Shown: in pieces, positions 21,133-31,609 of the stretch
Position numbering within the stretch: position 1 is the stretch's first letter
Layout of the letters: each line of letters begins with the position of its first letter
Assembly: GCA_019058445.1 (NCBI GenBank)
Contig: JAHPZA010000010.1
Coordinates: 448,001-512,000 of the forward strand
Length of the DNA stretch: 64,000 bases
Direction of reading: 5' to 3'
Source: Promethearchaeota archaeon
Lineage (GTDB): Archaea > Asgardarchaeota > Lokiarchaeia > Sigyniarchaeales > SOKP01
Translations under genes and position numbers: made by a program
The notes under the pieces: generated by a model
Database searches by the model: none
Told to the model about the DNA's origin: nothing
The model's input: only the letters and a program-made list of their open reading frames with translations

Positions 21133-21870
21133 TTAAATTACAGTTTTAATTTTTGTGTAAATTTTGTCCCTTTCGTTTATTGTATTGTCAAAATAAGAAA
21201 CAATTCTATTAGTATCGGAACTTCCGTTTAAAAGAATACAACTAATCCTATAATTATCAATAAGCTGAAACAAATATGAATCAACAGGTTCTGTATGTTG
21301 CTTTAGGTCTTCTTTATTGGATTTTGTAATTCCAGTAGAATTGAAATTTTTGAGTTTTTTATACTCTTGGATAGATAATTCTCTTATAACTTCATTACTA
21401 CTTGTGAATATTCCATCTACATCCTTTATTAAGAAGCATTCGTTTAAACCTAATTTCTTTGCCAAATAAACTGTTATTGAATCAGATGTTACTGACCAAC
21501 TATGAGGTAGTTCATCTATTTGAAAAAGAAAATCAAAGGGTAAAAAGAGTAAAATTGGATCTTTGCATTCTTTTAACACTCCAAACTCTTTTATACTTTT
21601 CATTTCCCTATATTTTTGGCAAATTGCTTCACCATTAGAATTCATAGCATAAATCGCCATCCAATGAGAAAGATCATCTCCAATATCTAATTTTCTATCA
21701 AAATTTCTAACAAAATTAGCATAGGAGCCACCACCAGGAACCAAAATGAGTTTATCAATGACTTTCTTATTGTATAAAAGCTTTTTAAATTGATTTAAAG
21801 TATGATCCAAATTTTCATGCTTTTCTAAGATCTTACCACCAAGCTTGGCAATTATCGTATTATTTTTCAT
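21133..21870 (-). CDS. Amino-acid-kinase family protein, MfnE-like (methanofuran biosynthesis)
   Basis: KLGG, PGGGSYAN, LPHSWSVTSDS, KDVDG; overlaps the mfnF-like gene. Confidence 0.8.
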   Translation of the reverse strand: MKNNTIIAKLGGKILEKHENLDHTLNQFKKLLYNKKVIDKLILVPGGGSYANFVRNFDRKLDIGDDLSHWMAIYAMNSNGEAICQKYREMKSIKEFGVLKECKDPILLFLPFDFLFQIDELPHSWSVTSDSITVYLAKKLGLNECFLIKDVDGIFTSSNEVIRELSIQEYKKLKNFNSTGITKSNKEDLKQHTEPVDSYLFQLIDNYRISCILLNGSSDTNRIVSYFDNTINERDKIYTKIKTVI

Positions 21871-22964
21871 GTTCTTTTCTTTTTAGTTAGTTGAAAATAG
21901 AGAGCACCCGCGACGCCAAATGCTGAGGAACTAATATGATCAGGTATGTTTGTAATATCTTCAAGAGTTACTATATTGTTATATCCCAATTTTTCTAAAG
22001 CTTTTCTAATTAAAAATTCGGCAGATAAACCCGTAATAATAAACAAGGATTTACTTTCAAATTCGTTAATAAAATCTTTGTGAATGTTAATAAATGCTTT
22101 TAATTCATCTATAATGATTTCAATTTGTTTCTCATAAATGAAGTTTGCAATTAAGTTTAAATCTTCACTCTTGATGGTATCGATATCCATGCAAATTATC
22201 CTGGCTAATCGAGCATAACAATCTTCAAGAGATTTTGAACGATTATCTGCTGTATCATTGGTATATTCATCTTCTGTGATGTTTCCTAAAATTCGATGAA
22301 CATCTGACATTAAGGCAAATTTTTCAAATGAAATTCTAATATTATTTCCCTTATAAGTTACGAAATGAGTGATCGAGGGGATTGTTGCCCTAAGGCCCCC
22401 TGTGTAGATTAATTCATGATTCATTAACCTTGAGACATCATTTTTCCCAAAAGCAACCGGAACTGAATTTAATATAGGAATAATATCAATTGTATTTGAT
22501 CCCGCATCGATTAAAATACAATCAGAAACAAATCTTCCAAGAAATAGAGATGTAGACACCCAATTCGCTGCTGCTACTGCTGAATATTCCGATTTTGCCT
22601 TTTCAAAATCAATAAACTCATGATAATTACTAATAAAAAACATCTTGTTTTTATCGAAAACTTTTAATAGGGCAGCTAAAATTGTTAATACCCCCTCTTT
22701 CTTAGTTTGGAAGGCATCTGAAAGTTCTGCAGTAATAGTTATCGAAATATAATCTATTTCTTTTAATTTGTAATTATTAATTTCTACAACATTTACCACA
22801 ATCCTTTTTAGCATTTTAGGTATTTCATTTATTGTTTTTTCCCAGAATGGAAAATATTCTATATATGAATGTGCATCCAAAATTTGCTCGTTATGAATTT
22901 TTAGCAACGCAGCTTTAGTATTAGCACCACCAATATCTAACCCTAAAATTATGCAAGGATTCAT
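21867..22964 (-). CDS. Hydantoinase/oxoprolinase-like H4MPT-linked C1 pathway protein, MfnF-like
   Basis: GLDIGGANTK, TAELSDAF, AAANW, RLARIICMD. Confidence 0.85.
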   Translation of the reverse strand: MNPCIILGLDIGGANTKAALLKIHNEQILDAHSYIEYFPFWEKTINEIPKMLKRIVVNVVEINNYKLKEIDYISITITAELSDAFQTKKEGVLTILAALLKVFDKNKMFFISNYHEFIDFEKAKSEYSAVAAANWVSTSLFLGRFVSDCILIDAGSNTIDIIPILNSVPVAFGKNDVSRLMNHELIYTGGLRATIPSITHFVTYKGNNIRISFEKFALMSDVHRILGNITEDEYTNDTADNRSKSLEDCYARLARIICMDIDTIKSEDLNLIANFIYEKQIEIIIDELKAFINIHKDFINEFESKSLFIITGLSAEFLIRKALEKLGYNNIVTLEDITNIPDHISSSAFGVAGALYFQLTKKKRT

Positions 22965-23128
22965 TATTTTTAGAAATGTGTTGCGTAAGATTTGTTGAAA
23001 TATCCAAATTTTATTATGGTTAAAAATAATAGATAAATTGATAAATTTTATGTTAAATTGCTTTTACTAATCAGTTATTTTTAGCTGTGTCTCCTTTTAA
23101 ATATGAAATTATCCATTTTAGTTTTACA

Positions 23129-24346
23129 ATGCGATTAACAGAGATAATCATTGTAAGATCATCCGAACAACTTAGTAAATTATGCCATTTGGCTAAAAAT
23201 CTATACAATTTAGGAAATTGGTATTTAAGACAGGATTACTTTAATCTTAATAACATGCTCAATTATTATGATTTAGATTTTATTCTCAAGCGAAAAGAAG
23301 CATATAGAAATTTACCATCCCAAACATCCCAACAAATACTTAAATTACTATATAGAAATTGGAAATCTTATTTTAAAGGATTTATGGAATATCGAATTGA
23401 TGTTAAAAAATTTAGAAAAAAACCGAAAATTCCAGGATATAAAAAGAAAAATGGGGAGTCAATTATTTTTTTTACTAATCAACAATGTAAAATTAAGAAC
23501 GGTTGGTTATATTTTCCAAGAAGAGTTAATCTTGAACCTATTAGAACCCGAATTAAAGAAAAATTAAAGGAAATAAGGATTATTCCCTTAGGAGGGTGTT
23601 ATAAAGTAGAAATAGTTTATGAAAAAGAAGAACAAGATTTAGGATTAAATAAAGAACATATTTTAGGTATTGATTTAGGATTAAACAATCTCATAACTGC
23701 TGTAAATAATAATGGGTGTAGGCCATTTATTATTAAAGGTGGGATTGTGAAATCCATAAACCAGTATTATAACAAAAAAGTCGCATATTTTAGAAGCATT
23801 GAAAATAAGAAAGGTAATTTTAGGGATACAAAGAGAATTCAAAAACTACATTTAAAGAGGAATAATAAAATAAACACGATTTTTCACCGAATTTCCAAGA
23901 AGGTAATTAAATATTGTATTCAAAATAACATCGGAGCAATTATAATAGGATACAATGGAGGTTGGAAACAGAGGATAAATATCGGAAAAAAGAATAATCA
24001 GAACTTTGTCCAAGTTCCTTTCTTGAAATTAATAAAACAAATAAAATACAAAGCTATAATAAAAGGAATTCGCGTTTTTACCGTTGATGAAGCACATACT
24101 TCTAAATGCAGTTTTTTGGATAATGAACCAATAGAGAAACACAAAAAATATCGAGGTAAAAGAATTAAAAGAGGATTGTTTAAAACTTCCAACGGGATAA
24201 TCATCAATGCTGATGTAAACGCAGCATATAATATCATGAAAAAGGTATTCCCAAATTCCGTTTCGGTTGATGGGATAGAGGTATTCGGATTGATGCCACA
24301 AATTATTTATCGAACTATATATGATAGTATATTTGAAATAAAATGA
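23129..24346 (+). mobile_element. tnpB: Solo TnpB RNA-guided nuclease (IS200/IS605 superfamily, IS1341-like)
   Basis: AKNLYN, LPSQTSQQ, GIDLGLNN, IGYNGGWKQ, DEAHTSKCS, NADVNAAYNI; no adjacent tnpA. Confidence 0.9.
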
Positions 24347-24454
24347 AGAGATTTTCAATCATTTTAATGATCTGGTTCTTTATGTTTTTGAAGATATTAA
24401 ATCATTTGAAATATTAAATTACTTATTAACTAGTTTACTGAAAAGGGAATTTGA

Positions 24455-25033
24455 TTGACCGAAACGCTTACAATTGCTAAGAGTACAATTGATAAAAACT
24501 CGATGCAATATAATTGGAAGGGAGATGGAACTAAAGAGAATCCTATTATCATTGATAAAGATGATAATCTCCCTCAAAATATGATATTTAGAACTGAAGA
24601 CATGCATTTACAAATCAAGAATATTGATATTGGCTTGCTTGTATTTGAAAGATGCCAAAACATAATACTTGAGGAATCTATTCTCTCCATTGTTAAACTA
24701 AAGACATGCAGTAATATTATCATAAGAGAGAATCTAATAAAGGATATTAAGCTTTTATTCTCCGAAGATTTGGTAATAGAAAATAACCGTTTCTATTCAT
24801 TTTCAAATTTTCGCCTCTTTACCTTACTAATGTTTATCTTTGCATCAATTTCTGGGGCGGTGTTTTTCCTAAGTTATATTGAACTTCTTTATTTCCTAAG
24901 AGAGTTGACCTTTCCAGTTCTAATATTATGCGCTGTCTTATTTTTTCTTGATATTAAAAAGAAAAGAAATAAGATCCTCATTAGTAAAAAATTTAGAGAT
25001 AATGAATTTATTGAGTTAAAAAAAGAAAAATGA
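24455..25033 (+). CDS. Hypothetical beta-helix-like protein with two TM segments
   Basis: GDGTKENPIII, CxNIIIxEN-like repeats, C-terminal hydrophobic pair. Confidence 0.55.
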   Translation: MTETLTIAKSTIDKNSMQYNWKGDGTKENPIIIDKDDNLPQNMIFRTEDMHLQIKNIDIGLLVFERCQNIILEESILSIVKLKTCSNIIIRENLIKDIKLLFSEDLVIENNRFYSFSNFRLFTLLMFIFASISGAVFFLSYIELLYFLRELTFPVLILCAVLFFLDIKKKRNKILISKKFRDNEFIELKKEK

Positions 25034-25110
25034 TTTTAAATAAGTTTTACTTCGTTTTTCTTCTAATTTTATTTCAAAATTAAATTTAGGATTAATAAAA
25101 AAAAAGGTAT

Positions 25111-25755
25111 TTATTTTATTTGATGAGTATAATATCCGTGTAGACCTAGCCATGCCATTAATGAGAAAAATGCCATCCATTCTGAAAAACAGGCTATTTC
25201 TCTTAAGAAACCAGTTACTAATACCAAAATTTCTAAGCTTAGGAAAGTAAAATAAACTACAACAACTAAGATACTAACAAATGGCAAGTACTTTGGTATT
25301 TTTTCTGCTTCTAACTCCATTTTAAAGAAGATAGATTGTCCGATTACAACTCCAATAAAATAGGTAAAAGCTCCAATCAGATGGAATGTGCGTGAAGTAT
25401 CATGTGGGTTGATGGCTATGATTATTGAACCAATTGCACCGATCACTATTAAATATAGGGTTATTTTTATATATTTCTCATTAACACCCCTTTTTGCCAA
25501 TAATCCAAGCATGTAGAGCCCTATTAATACTCGTAGAGGTGAAGCTATTATCATATTGACACTCCAAAATATCACTGAACCACTTGTAGAAGCACCTAGA
25601 TCACTAACATAGTGAGTAAATAAACTATAATTGGGATCATTATATAAGATTACTGAGATAAGGTGAAATGTCAATACCCAAACTACTGTTAGAAGCGCCA
25701 CATAACTTCCAGGGAATTTTTCATAAAATCTTTCTAATTTTTCCATTTTCATCAT
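25111..25755 (-). CDS. DUF998-like membrane protein
   Basis: HYVSDLG, FHLIGA, EW motif, about 5-6 TM segments. Confidence 0.65.
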   Translation of the reverse strand: MMKMEKLERFYEKFPGSYVALLTVVWVLTFHLISVILYNDPNYSLFTHYVSDLGASTSGSVIFWSVNMIIASPLRVLIGLYMLGLLAKRGVNEKYIKITLYLIVIGAIGSIIIAINPHDTSRTFHLIGAFTYFIGVVIGQSIFFKMELEAEKIPKYLPFVSILVVVVYFTFLSLEILVLVTGFLREIACFSEWMAFFSLMAWLGLHGYYTHQIK

Positions 25756-25774
25756 TTATTTGTTTTTTTTTAAT

Positions 25775-25840
25775 TGAGCAAAGCTCATTTATTGTTACTA
25801 AAAAATGTAGATCATATATAAAGTTTATGAGTAATGCTCA
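25775..25840. promoter_or_regulatory. Two palindromic operators in the divergent DUF998/tetR promoter
   Basis: TGAGCAAAGCTCA (25775-25787) and TGAGTAATGCTCA (25828-25840), both followed by YTTATTG. Confidence 0.7.
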
Positions 25841-25853
25841 CTTATTGATAAAT

Positions 25854-26471
25854 ATGGAACAAAAGAAATTTATCAGAAATAAGGAGGAAAAAATAGAGAT
25901 TATTTATGAAACCTTTTTAAATCTCCTAAAAGATAAAGGATATAATAATTTAAGTACAAATCATATAGCAGAAATAGCCCCAATTAGTCTTGGGACAATA
26001 TATCGATATTTTCCAGAAGGGAAAGCTGCAATAATCAAGGGATACTTTGAGCATATAAAAGAAAAAATAATTGATGAGGAATTTTTTGAGCTGGCAAGTG
26101 AAAATGATTTGTCCAAACTGTTTAAACTTATAATTTCTAAACATTTAAAGGTCTATCGTAATAATCTAGAAGCCTTTTTAGCTTATGAACAGGCACTTTT
26201 ATCAAATAAAGAATTATTCAAGAATCATAGGATATCTGTGTATGAGTTTGCAAAAGAGACTGTGAAAAAATTGAGAGAGGGAAATGAGGCTTATCGTAAC
26301 TTACCTGAAGAGCGATTCATTGAGAGTTTTTTATTAATTTATAACCTTATAGAGGCCATTACTCACCGTCATTTAGCCATTATACCCATGTTTAAGTCGG
26401 ATGATGAAATAATAAAATTTCTTACGAAATTAGTAATGTTTTCAATACAATATTTACGAGATTCTTCTTAG
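25854..26471 (+). CDS. TetR/AcrR family regulator
   Basis: GYNNLSTNHIAEIAPISLGTIYRYF HTH; probable ATG start at 25854. Confidence 0.9.
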   Translation: MEQKKFIRNKEEKIEIIYETFLNLLKDKGYNNLSTNHIAEIAPISLGTIYRYFPEGKAAIIKGYFEHIKEKIIDEEFFELASENDLSKLFKLIISKHLKVYRNNLEAFLAYEQALLSNKELFKNHRISVYEFAKETVKKLREGNEAYRNLPEERFIESFLLIYNLIEAITHRHLAIIPMFKSDDEIIKFLTKLVMFSIQYLRDSS

Positions 26472-26828
26472 ATTTAAATAAGAATTAGAAAAAAGAATAA
26501 TTTGTTATATACTCCACAAAGAGCTGGAAAAGACTGAAAAGGATGAGTTTCTTTTAATTATCGAGCACGATCTCGAAAAAGTGCAAGTATAATTTAGTTT
26601 TTCTCAGGTGTTTGAGCATACTAATCCCGGTGTATGTTTAAAATGGGAAATAAATAAGATAAAACAATTCAAAATTATTGGAAACAATAAGAGAAAGACG
26701 AATTGAATATTTTTGAGAACTATATTTGATCACTTTTTTATAAATTTTATCGGTAATTCTTTTTTTAATTTTTTTTTTTAAATGATTGGGACATGTGATA
26801 GATTATTAGAAAATATGTAAGGTGAATA

Positions 26829-27302
26829 ATGGAAGTGAGCGCAATTAAACGGATCTATCAGTCAATTGAAAAGATTATGCCTAGTTTGGGTAACTTATTT
26901 GAATTTGACTATATTCAGGAGAAGCCTGAAATTACTATTGTAAATTTCTGTGACGAGTATAGCTATTTTTTATTCGGTTCGAAAGAAAAACAAGTTCTCT
27001 TGAAATTGAATCGAAAGACAATTCAAAAATTAAAAAAAAAATTACAGAAAAACGAAACAGAAGAACGAAAGAATGAAGAGATTTATTTAAAATTTAAAGC
27101 TGTCCTGAATCAATTAAAACGAATCAATTATTCGTTGGAACATTTAATAGAAGAAAAAGTCAAGTCAAGCTTACTTTCAGCAAGTAAAGAAGAAATTCAA
27201 CTAAAGGAACAGAAAATCATGTTACTTCTGGACCAAAAAAAACAGATTCAAACTGATCTAATGGTATGGATGGACTTTTTAATTGAAGATGGAATGATTT
27301 AA
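26829..27302 (+). CDS. Hypothetical coiled-coil protein
   Basis: GGTGA RBS upstream, heptad-rich C-terminal half. Confidence 0.6.
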   Translation: MEVSAIKRIYQSIEKIMPSLGNLFEFDYIQEKPEITIVNFCDEYSYFLFGSKEKQVLLKLNRKTIQKLKKKLQKNETEERKNEEIYLKFKAVLNQLKRINYSLEHLIEEKVKSSLLSASKEEIQLKEQKIMLLLDQKKQIQTDLMVWMDFLIEDGMI

Positions 27303-27384
27303 GTAGGACAATTTGCTTGATTCCTCTTTAAATTCCGCTTTCTCGATATTTTAAGAATATAGAGAGGGATTCAATTTTTTCCTT

Positions 27385-27469
27385 AGTCGGATGATGAATT
27401 AATAAAATTTCTTAAGAAATTTGTAATGTTTTCTATTCAATATTTGAAAAATTTATCTTAGATTTAAAT
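27385..27469 (+). repeat. Diverged direct copy of the tetR 3' end (26395-26479)
   Basis: 85 bp ungapped, 11 mismatches by manual count; encodes SDDELIKFLKKFVMFSIQYLKNLS*. Confidence 0.9.
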
Positions 27470-27507
27470 TATAAAAATAAACAACTAAAAAAAAATTTGA
27501 AAGAAAA

Positions 27508-28320
27508 TTATTTTTTTTTTTGTCTTTCCTTTTGTCTTTCCTTTCGTTGTTCTTTTATCAACTTTTTAATTGTTGCTGAATCAAACTCTTTCATTTCTTC
27601 TAGTTTTCCTATAACTTCGTCAAGTTTGTTTTTGGAATACTCTAAGTTTTTTTGTTTCTTTTCTATTTTTGATAAACGAAATTTTAAATTTGATCTAACC
27701 CCCCGAAAATAATCTAATGCATCTTCTTTTGATTTACATCTGTCAATATTTCTGAGCATCCGCTTTAATGGCTTTTCTCTGAAAAAAGGGTTATTAAAGT
27801 GTTCAGGCGGAGCCATATCTGACATAAGTGCAAAATGATTTGCCCATTTTTCTTTCAGCATCTCAAAATATTCCTTTCCCTTATTAGAAATTGTATAAAA
27901 CTTATGAGCTCTACCATTAATCACTGTTTCTCTATATTCTAAATATTCCATTGTTTCGAGTTCATTTAATATTTTTAAGATTGTTCCCCTCGGAAAATGG
28001 TATTTTTCTTGAAGTTGATACCCCGTTATTCCTTCGGGTAAATCAGATATTACCATTAAGATAATAAAGTGCTTTATTTCCTTAAATGATTCAAGAGTCA
28101 TAGGTAAAGGGGGACCAAAAGGAGGGTGCGTAAATGGATGTGGGGGGCCAAAGGGAGGCGGGGGCGGATAGGGGGGAGGGTAAGATCCATGAGGAGGGCG
28201 TTTTTGAAAATGCATGTGATCCATAGGGAATAACATATGATTATTATCGAATTTAGGATACATGGAATCATGTTCCTCGTAGTGGTTTGAACCAAAATTA
28301 GTTCTATTATCTTTAGACAT
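27508..28320 (-). CDS. PadR-family winged-helix regulator with His/Pro-rich N-terminal extension
   Basis: TGYQLQEK…GTILKILNELE…KFYTISNKGKE; GGTGA RBS. Confidence 0.8.
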   Translation of the reverse strand: MSKDNRTNFGSNHYEEHDSMYPKFDNNHMLFPMDHMHFQKRPPHGSYPPPYPPPPPFGPPHPFTHPPFGPPLPMTLESFKEIKHFIILMVISDLPEGITGYQLQEKYHFPRGTILKILNELETMEYLEYRETVINGRAHKFYTISNKGKEYFEMLKEKWANHFALMSDMAPPEHFNNPFFREKPLKRMLRNIDRCKSKEDALDYFRGVRSNLKFRLSKIEKKQKNLEYSKNKLDEVIGKLEEMKEFDSATIKKLIKEQRKERQKERQKKK

Positions 28321-28647
28321 TCAATATCACCATTATTATTTTTTTCATTAAATTTTAGAATTTTTTATATGACTAATTTAGACATATATATATTATAATA
28401 AATACTCATATTTAAATGTGTCTGTTTTAGACATGTGACAATTAGTTGTCTGACTAACTCTTTTATCTTTAAAATAAATAAAGAACAAAAAAAGTTCTAT
28501 TAGACATTAGATAAATTTCCTCTTTAAAAATAAGACAATATCGTTTAAATTTTCTCCCGTTAATGCATTAGTTAAAAAAAAAGCCCTCCTCATTTAATTC
28601 TAAATGTTCTTTGAGGTAATCAATTTATAAATAGATTTTTTCATTAT

Positions 28648-29280
28648 TTATCCATCCCATTCATCAAATAATGCTATTAAAAAAATAATTTCTGAAATAA
28701 GTAGAAAGAAAACTGCTAATATACTAAGAGGGATGATGGGTAAAGAAAAAATAAGATATACCAATATAATAATTGCACAACATATTATTCCAGTAATAAA
28801 AAAAAAGTATGCCATATTGAACAGTGTTTTTGACTTTAATAGATAATCGTTCTCAGTCAAAAGAGACTTTCGAATTAAAAAAAAAATTAACAATAATACA
28901 CATAAAAGTATCCATGATGCGAATCCGATATAAAAACCTAAATCTAAACCATATGCGTGGCAATGAGAAGGAGGATTACTGACCATAAGATAAACATAGT
29001 AAAGGTGTAGAAAGATTAAAAGGCATTCTATTAGTCCAGCAATTAAAAATTCATTTATTTTGTTTTTAAATAAGAATAGCAATATAAAGATAATTGGTAA
29101 TAAGCTTATCCAGAAGGTTATTATATTAAAACCTAGGATTCTACCCATTGCATATCCGATTTGACCTTTATAAACGAATATACAGCAGTAGCTAATATAT
29201 CCCATACTCCCTGAGAGGAGATAGATAAGAATAAACGTAATATAAATAAATACAAATATTTTATTTCTTGATTTTTCCAT
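28648..29280 (-). CDS. Membrane protein, unknown function
   Basis: About 6 TM segments. Confidence 0.65.
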   Translation of the reverse strand: MEKSRNKIFVFIYITFILIYLLSGSMGYISYCCIFVYKGQIGYAMGRILGFNIITFWISLLPIIFILLFLFKNKINEFLIAGLIECLLIFLHLYYVYLMVSNPPSHCHAYGLDLGFYIGFASWILLCVLLLIFFLIRKSLLTENDYLLKSKTLFNMAYFFFITGIICCAIIILVYLIFSLPIIPLSILAVFFLLISEIIFLIALFDEWDG

Positions 29281-29411
29281 TTTTATATTATAATTCTACA
29301 TGGTCATTAAAATATTTTCTTGAGCATAACCGAAAAAGAAGTCTATGAGTGTAATATAAAATAAAGGTCATTTCTCCTATTTCTAATTATAAAATTAAAT
29401 TATTACTAATC

Positions 29412-30443
29412 TCAAACATATCGTTTTTCTATATATCTGATAATCTTAATCAAATCTTCTCCTGTTAAGGCATTAGTCATAAATAAAGGTTCCTCCCTCA
29501 TATTTATTTTCTCTTTTAAATATTCAATTTCAGATGAACTAGCTAAGTCTTTTTTATTAAATACAATGATTAATTCAATTTTTCCTTCTTTTGTAAAGTT
29601 TTCTTTAATCTCATAGTATAATTCGATTTGTGAATTTATTGAATAGCCACAGGCTGGTGTAGGATCAAATACAAATAATATTAAATCTGAAATTAATCTT
29701 AAAGCCAGTATTGCTTGTAGTTCGATATTATTTCTTTTTGCCATCGGGCGATCGAGAATTCCCGGTGAATCAATGATTTGTAACTTAATGGTATCAAATC
29801 TTCTTTTAATTTCTATATGTCCTAAATTCAATTTTTTTGTAGTAAATGGATATTCCTGTACATCAATCTTTTTATTAGTAGATATTCCTTTCACAATACT
29901 ACTTTTACCTACATTAGGGTATCCTGCTACTACAATACAAGGCAATGCATCATCAATTGAAGGAATCTCTCTAAGTCGCCCTCTGATGTTATTCAAATAT
30001 ACTAAATTTTTCTTTTGCTTGTTCATTATTGAAGAAATTCTTCCAAAGGCAGACCTTCTTAGAGAATCCCCTTCTTTGGGTGCTTCAATCTTATTTAACT
30101 TCTTGAGATGTTCACGTTCAATTTGACTCAAAACAGGTAAAATTCCATTTAATTTACCAAGAGTTAGTTTTAGCTCATCAGTGTTCAGCAAAACTGAAGC
30201 CAGTTCTCTATAAAAATCAGGAAGCTCATCAAGCATGGGGACCATTTTGATGATATTTAAAATTCTGTCAATTAATTCTTTTATTGCAACTTTTATTCTC
30301 ATTGTTTCTTTCTTTTTCGCTTTTATGATAATTGGAGCGTTTTTAGAAACTTTCGCTGAACTCTTCATTGCTCTACTAAATGCAATATCTAATAACTCTT
30401 GTGAAGAAGGAACATGATAAAATTCATTGAACGGGTTTTTCAT
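29412..30443 (-). CDS. NOG1-family GTPase
   Basis: GYPNVGKS, YPFTT, DSPGILDRP, NKKD; probable start MKNPF. Confidence 0.92.
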   Translation of the reverse strand: MKNPFNEFYHVPSSQELLDIAFSRAMKSSAKVSKNAPIIIKAKKKETMRIKVAIKELIDRILNIIKMVPMLDELPDFYRELASVLLNTDELKLTLGKLNGILPVLSQIEREHLKKLNKIEAPKEGDSLRRSAFGRISSIMNKQKKNLVYLNNIRGRLREIPSIDDALPCIVVAGYPNVGKSSIVKGISTNKKIDVQEYPFTTKKLNLGHIEIKRRFDTIKLQIIDSPGILDRPMAKRNNIELQAILALRLISDLILFVFDPTPACGYSINSQIELYYEIKENFTKEGKIELIIVFNKKDLASSSEIEYLKEKINMREEPLFMTNALTGEDLIKIIRYIEKRYV

Positions 30444-30596
30444 AATTTTAAATATTGTAAAATATAAATGTGATAATAATTCTAAGGAACCGTAAAATAT
30501 TACGTTTTTGGTTATTATTGAATTTTTAAATAACAATAAATCAAAATAATAGTAAGAAAGTTATTTCATCTAAAAAATTTTTTGGGATAAATTAAT

Positions 30597-31580
30597 ATGA
30601 CTGAAACTAAAGAAGTTTTGTCTAAAAGATCTTTAATAACAATTGGATCGTTATTTTTTTTACTTTTTCTTATAGGAACAATATTATTAGTTTTGGATTA
30701 TAATGAAGCGCTATACATAGAAAATTCTATTGTCCAATTAATCTTTGAAATGATTACATTTACAGGAAACGGATTATTCTTAATTCTAACCATCGCAGTT
30801 TTTAATTTTGTTTATGACAAGCGATTCGCTAAAAATTTCTTTATAATGTGGATTTTTTCTGGAGGTATTAATTCTATGCTCAAGGACATAATTAAAGAAC
30901 CACGACCAGAAACTAATATTACTAAAGCAGCTGACCGGGGATATAGCTCTTCAGGATATGGGTTTCCTTCAGGACATGCCCAAGTCGCAGCAGCCAACTG
31001 GGGGCTTACAGCCTACGAGTTTAAAGATAAAGCACGACCCAATCTTATTCCTGAAATCTTTTCAGTTTTTATATTTCTTGTAGCAATATCTAGGGCTATA
31101 ATAGGGGTTCATAGCCTTAAGCAAATTGTGTGGGGTCTTTTAATAGGGATAGTAATTTTAATTGCTTTTTTATATTTAGAACCAATTATTTCGCAAAAAT
31201 TCAATAGGCTAGGGGTATCAATGAGGGTTGTTCTAGCAATAATAATCTCTCTTTTATATGCTATCTTAGGCACATTACTATTTCCTGAATTTTCAGGGTA
31301 TGGGGTAAATCTATATGCTGTATCAGGAGGCTCTTTATTTGGATTATCGGTAGGCTATATTTTAGAAGGAGAATATGTAAATTATGAACCTTCGGAGTTA
31401 ACTACAAAGCAAAGGGTAATTAATCTCGTAATAGGGATCGCCATTTTAATGATTTTCTTGATTTTTATCTATGGATTGATTGTGGGCACTGATATACTTC
31501 TTTTTATACAAAATGCAATACTATCATTTATAATTACTTTTCTGATGCCTTTATTTTTTACTAAAATTAACCGAAGTTAA
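30597..31580 (+). CDS. PAP2-family membrane phosphatase
   Basis: KxxxxxxRP, FPSGH, SRAIIGVH. Confidence 0.9.
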   Translation: MTETKEVLSKRSLITIGSLFFLLFLIGTILLVLDYNEALYIENSIVQLIFEMITFTGNGLFLILTIAVFNFVYDKRFAKNFFIMWIFSGGINSMLKDIIKEPRPETNITKAADRGYSSSGYGFPSGHAQVAAANWGLTAYEFKDKARPNLIPEIFSVFIFLVAISRAIIGVHSLKQIVWGLLIGIVILIAFLYLEPIISQKFNRLGVSMRVVLAIIISLLYAILGTLLFPEFSGYGVNLYAVSGGSLFGLSVGYILEGEYVNYEPSELTTKQRVINLVIGIAILMIFLIFIYGLIVGTDILLFIQNAILSFIITFLMPLFFTKINRS

Positions 31581-31609
31581 TTCTTTTTTTTTTTGTTTAA
31601 TTTAAAAAT

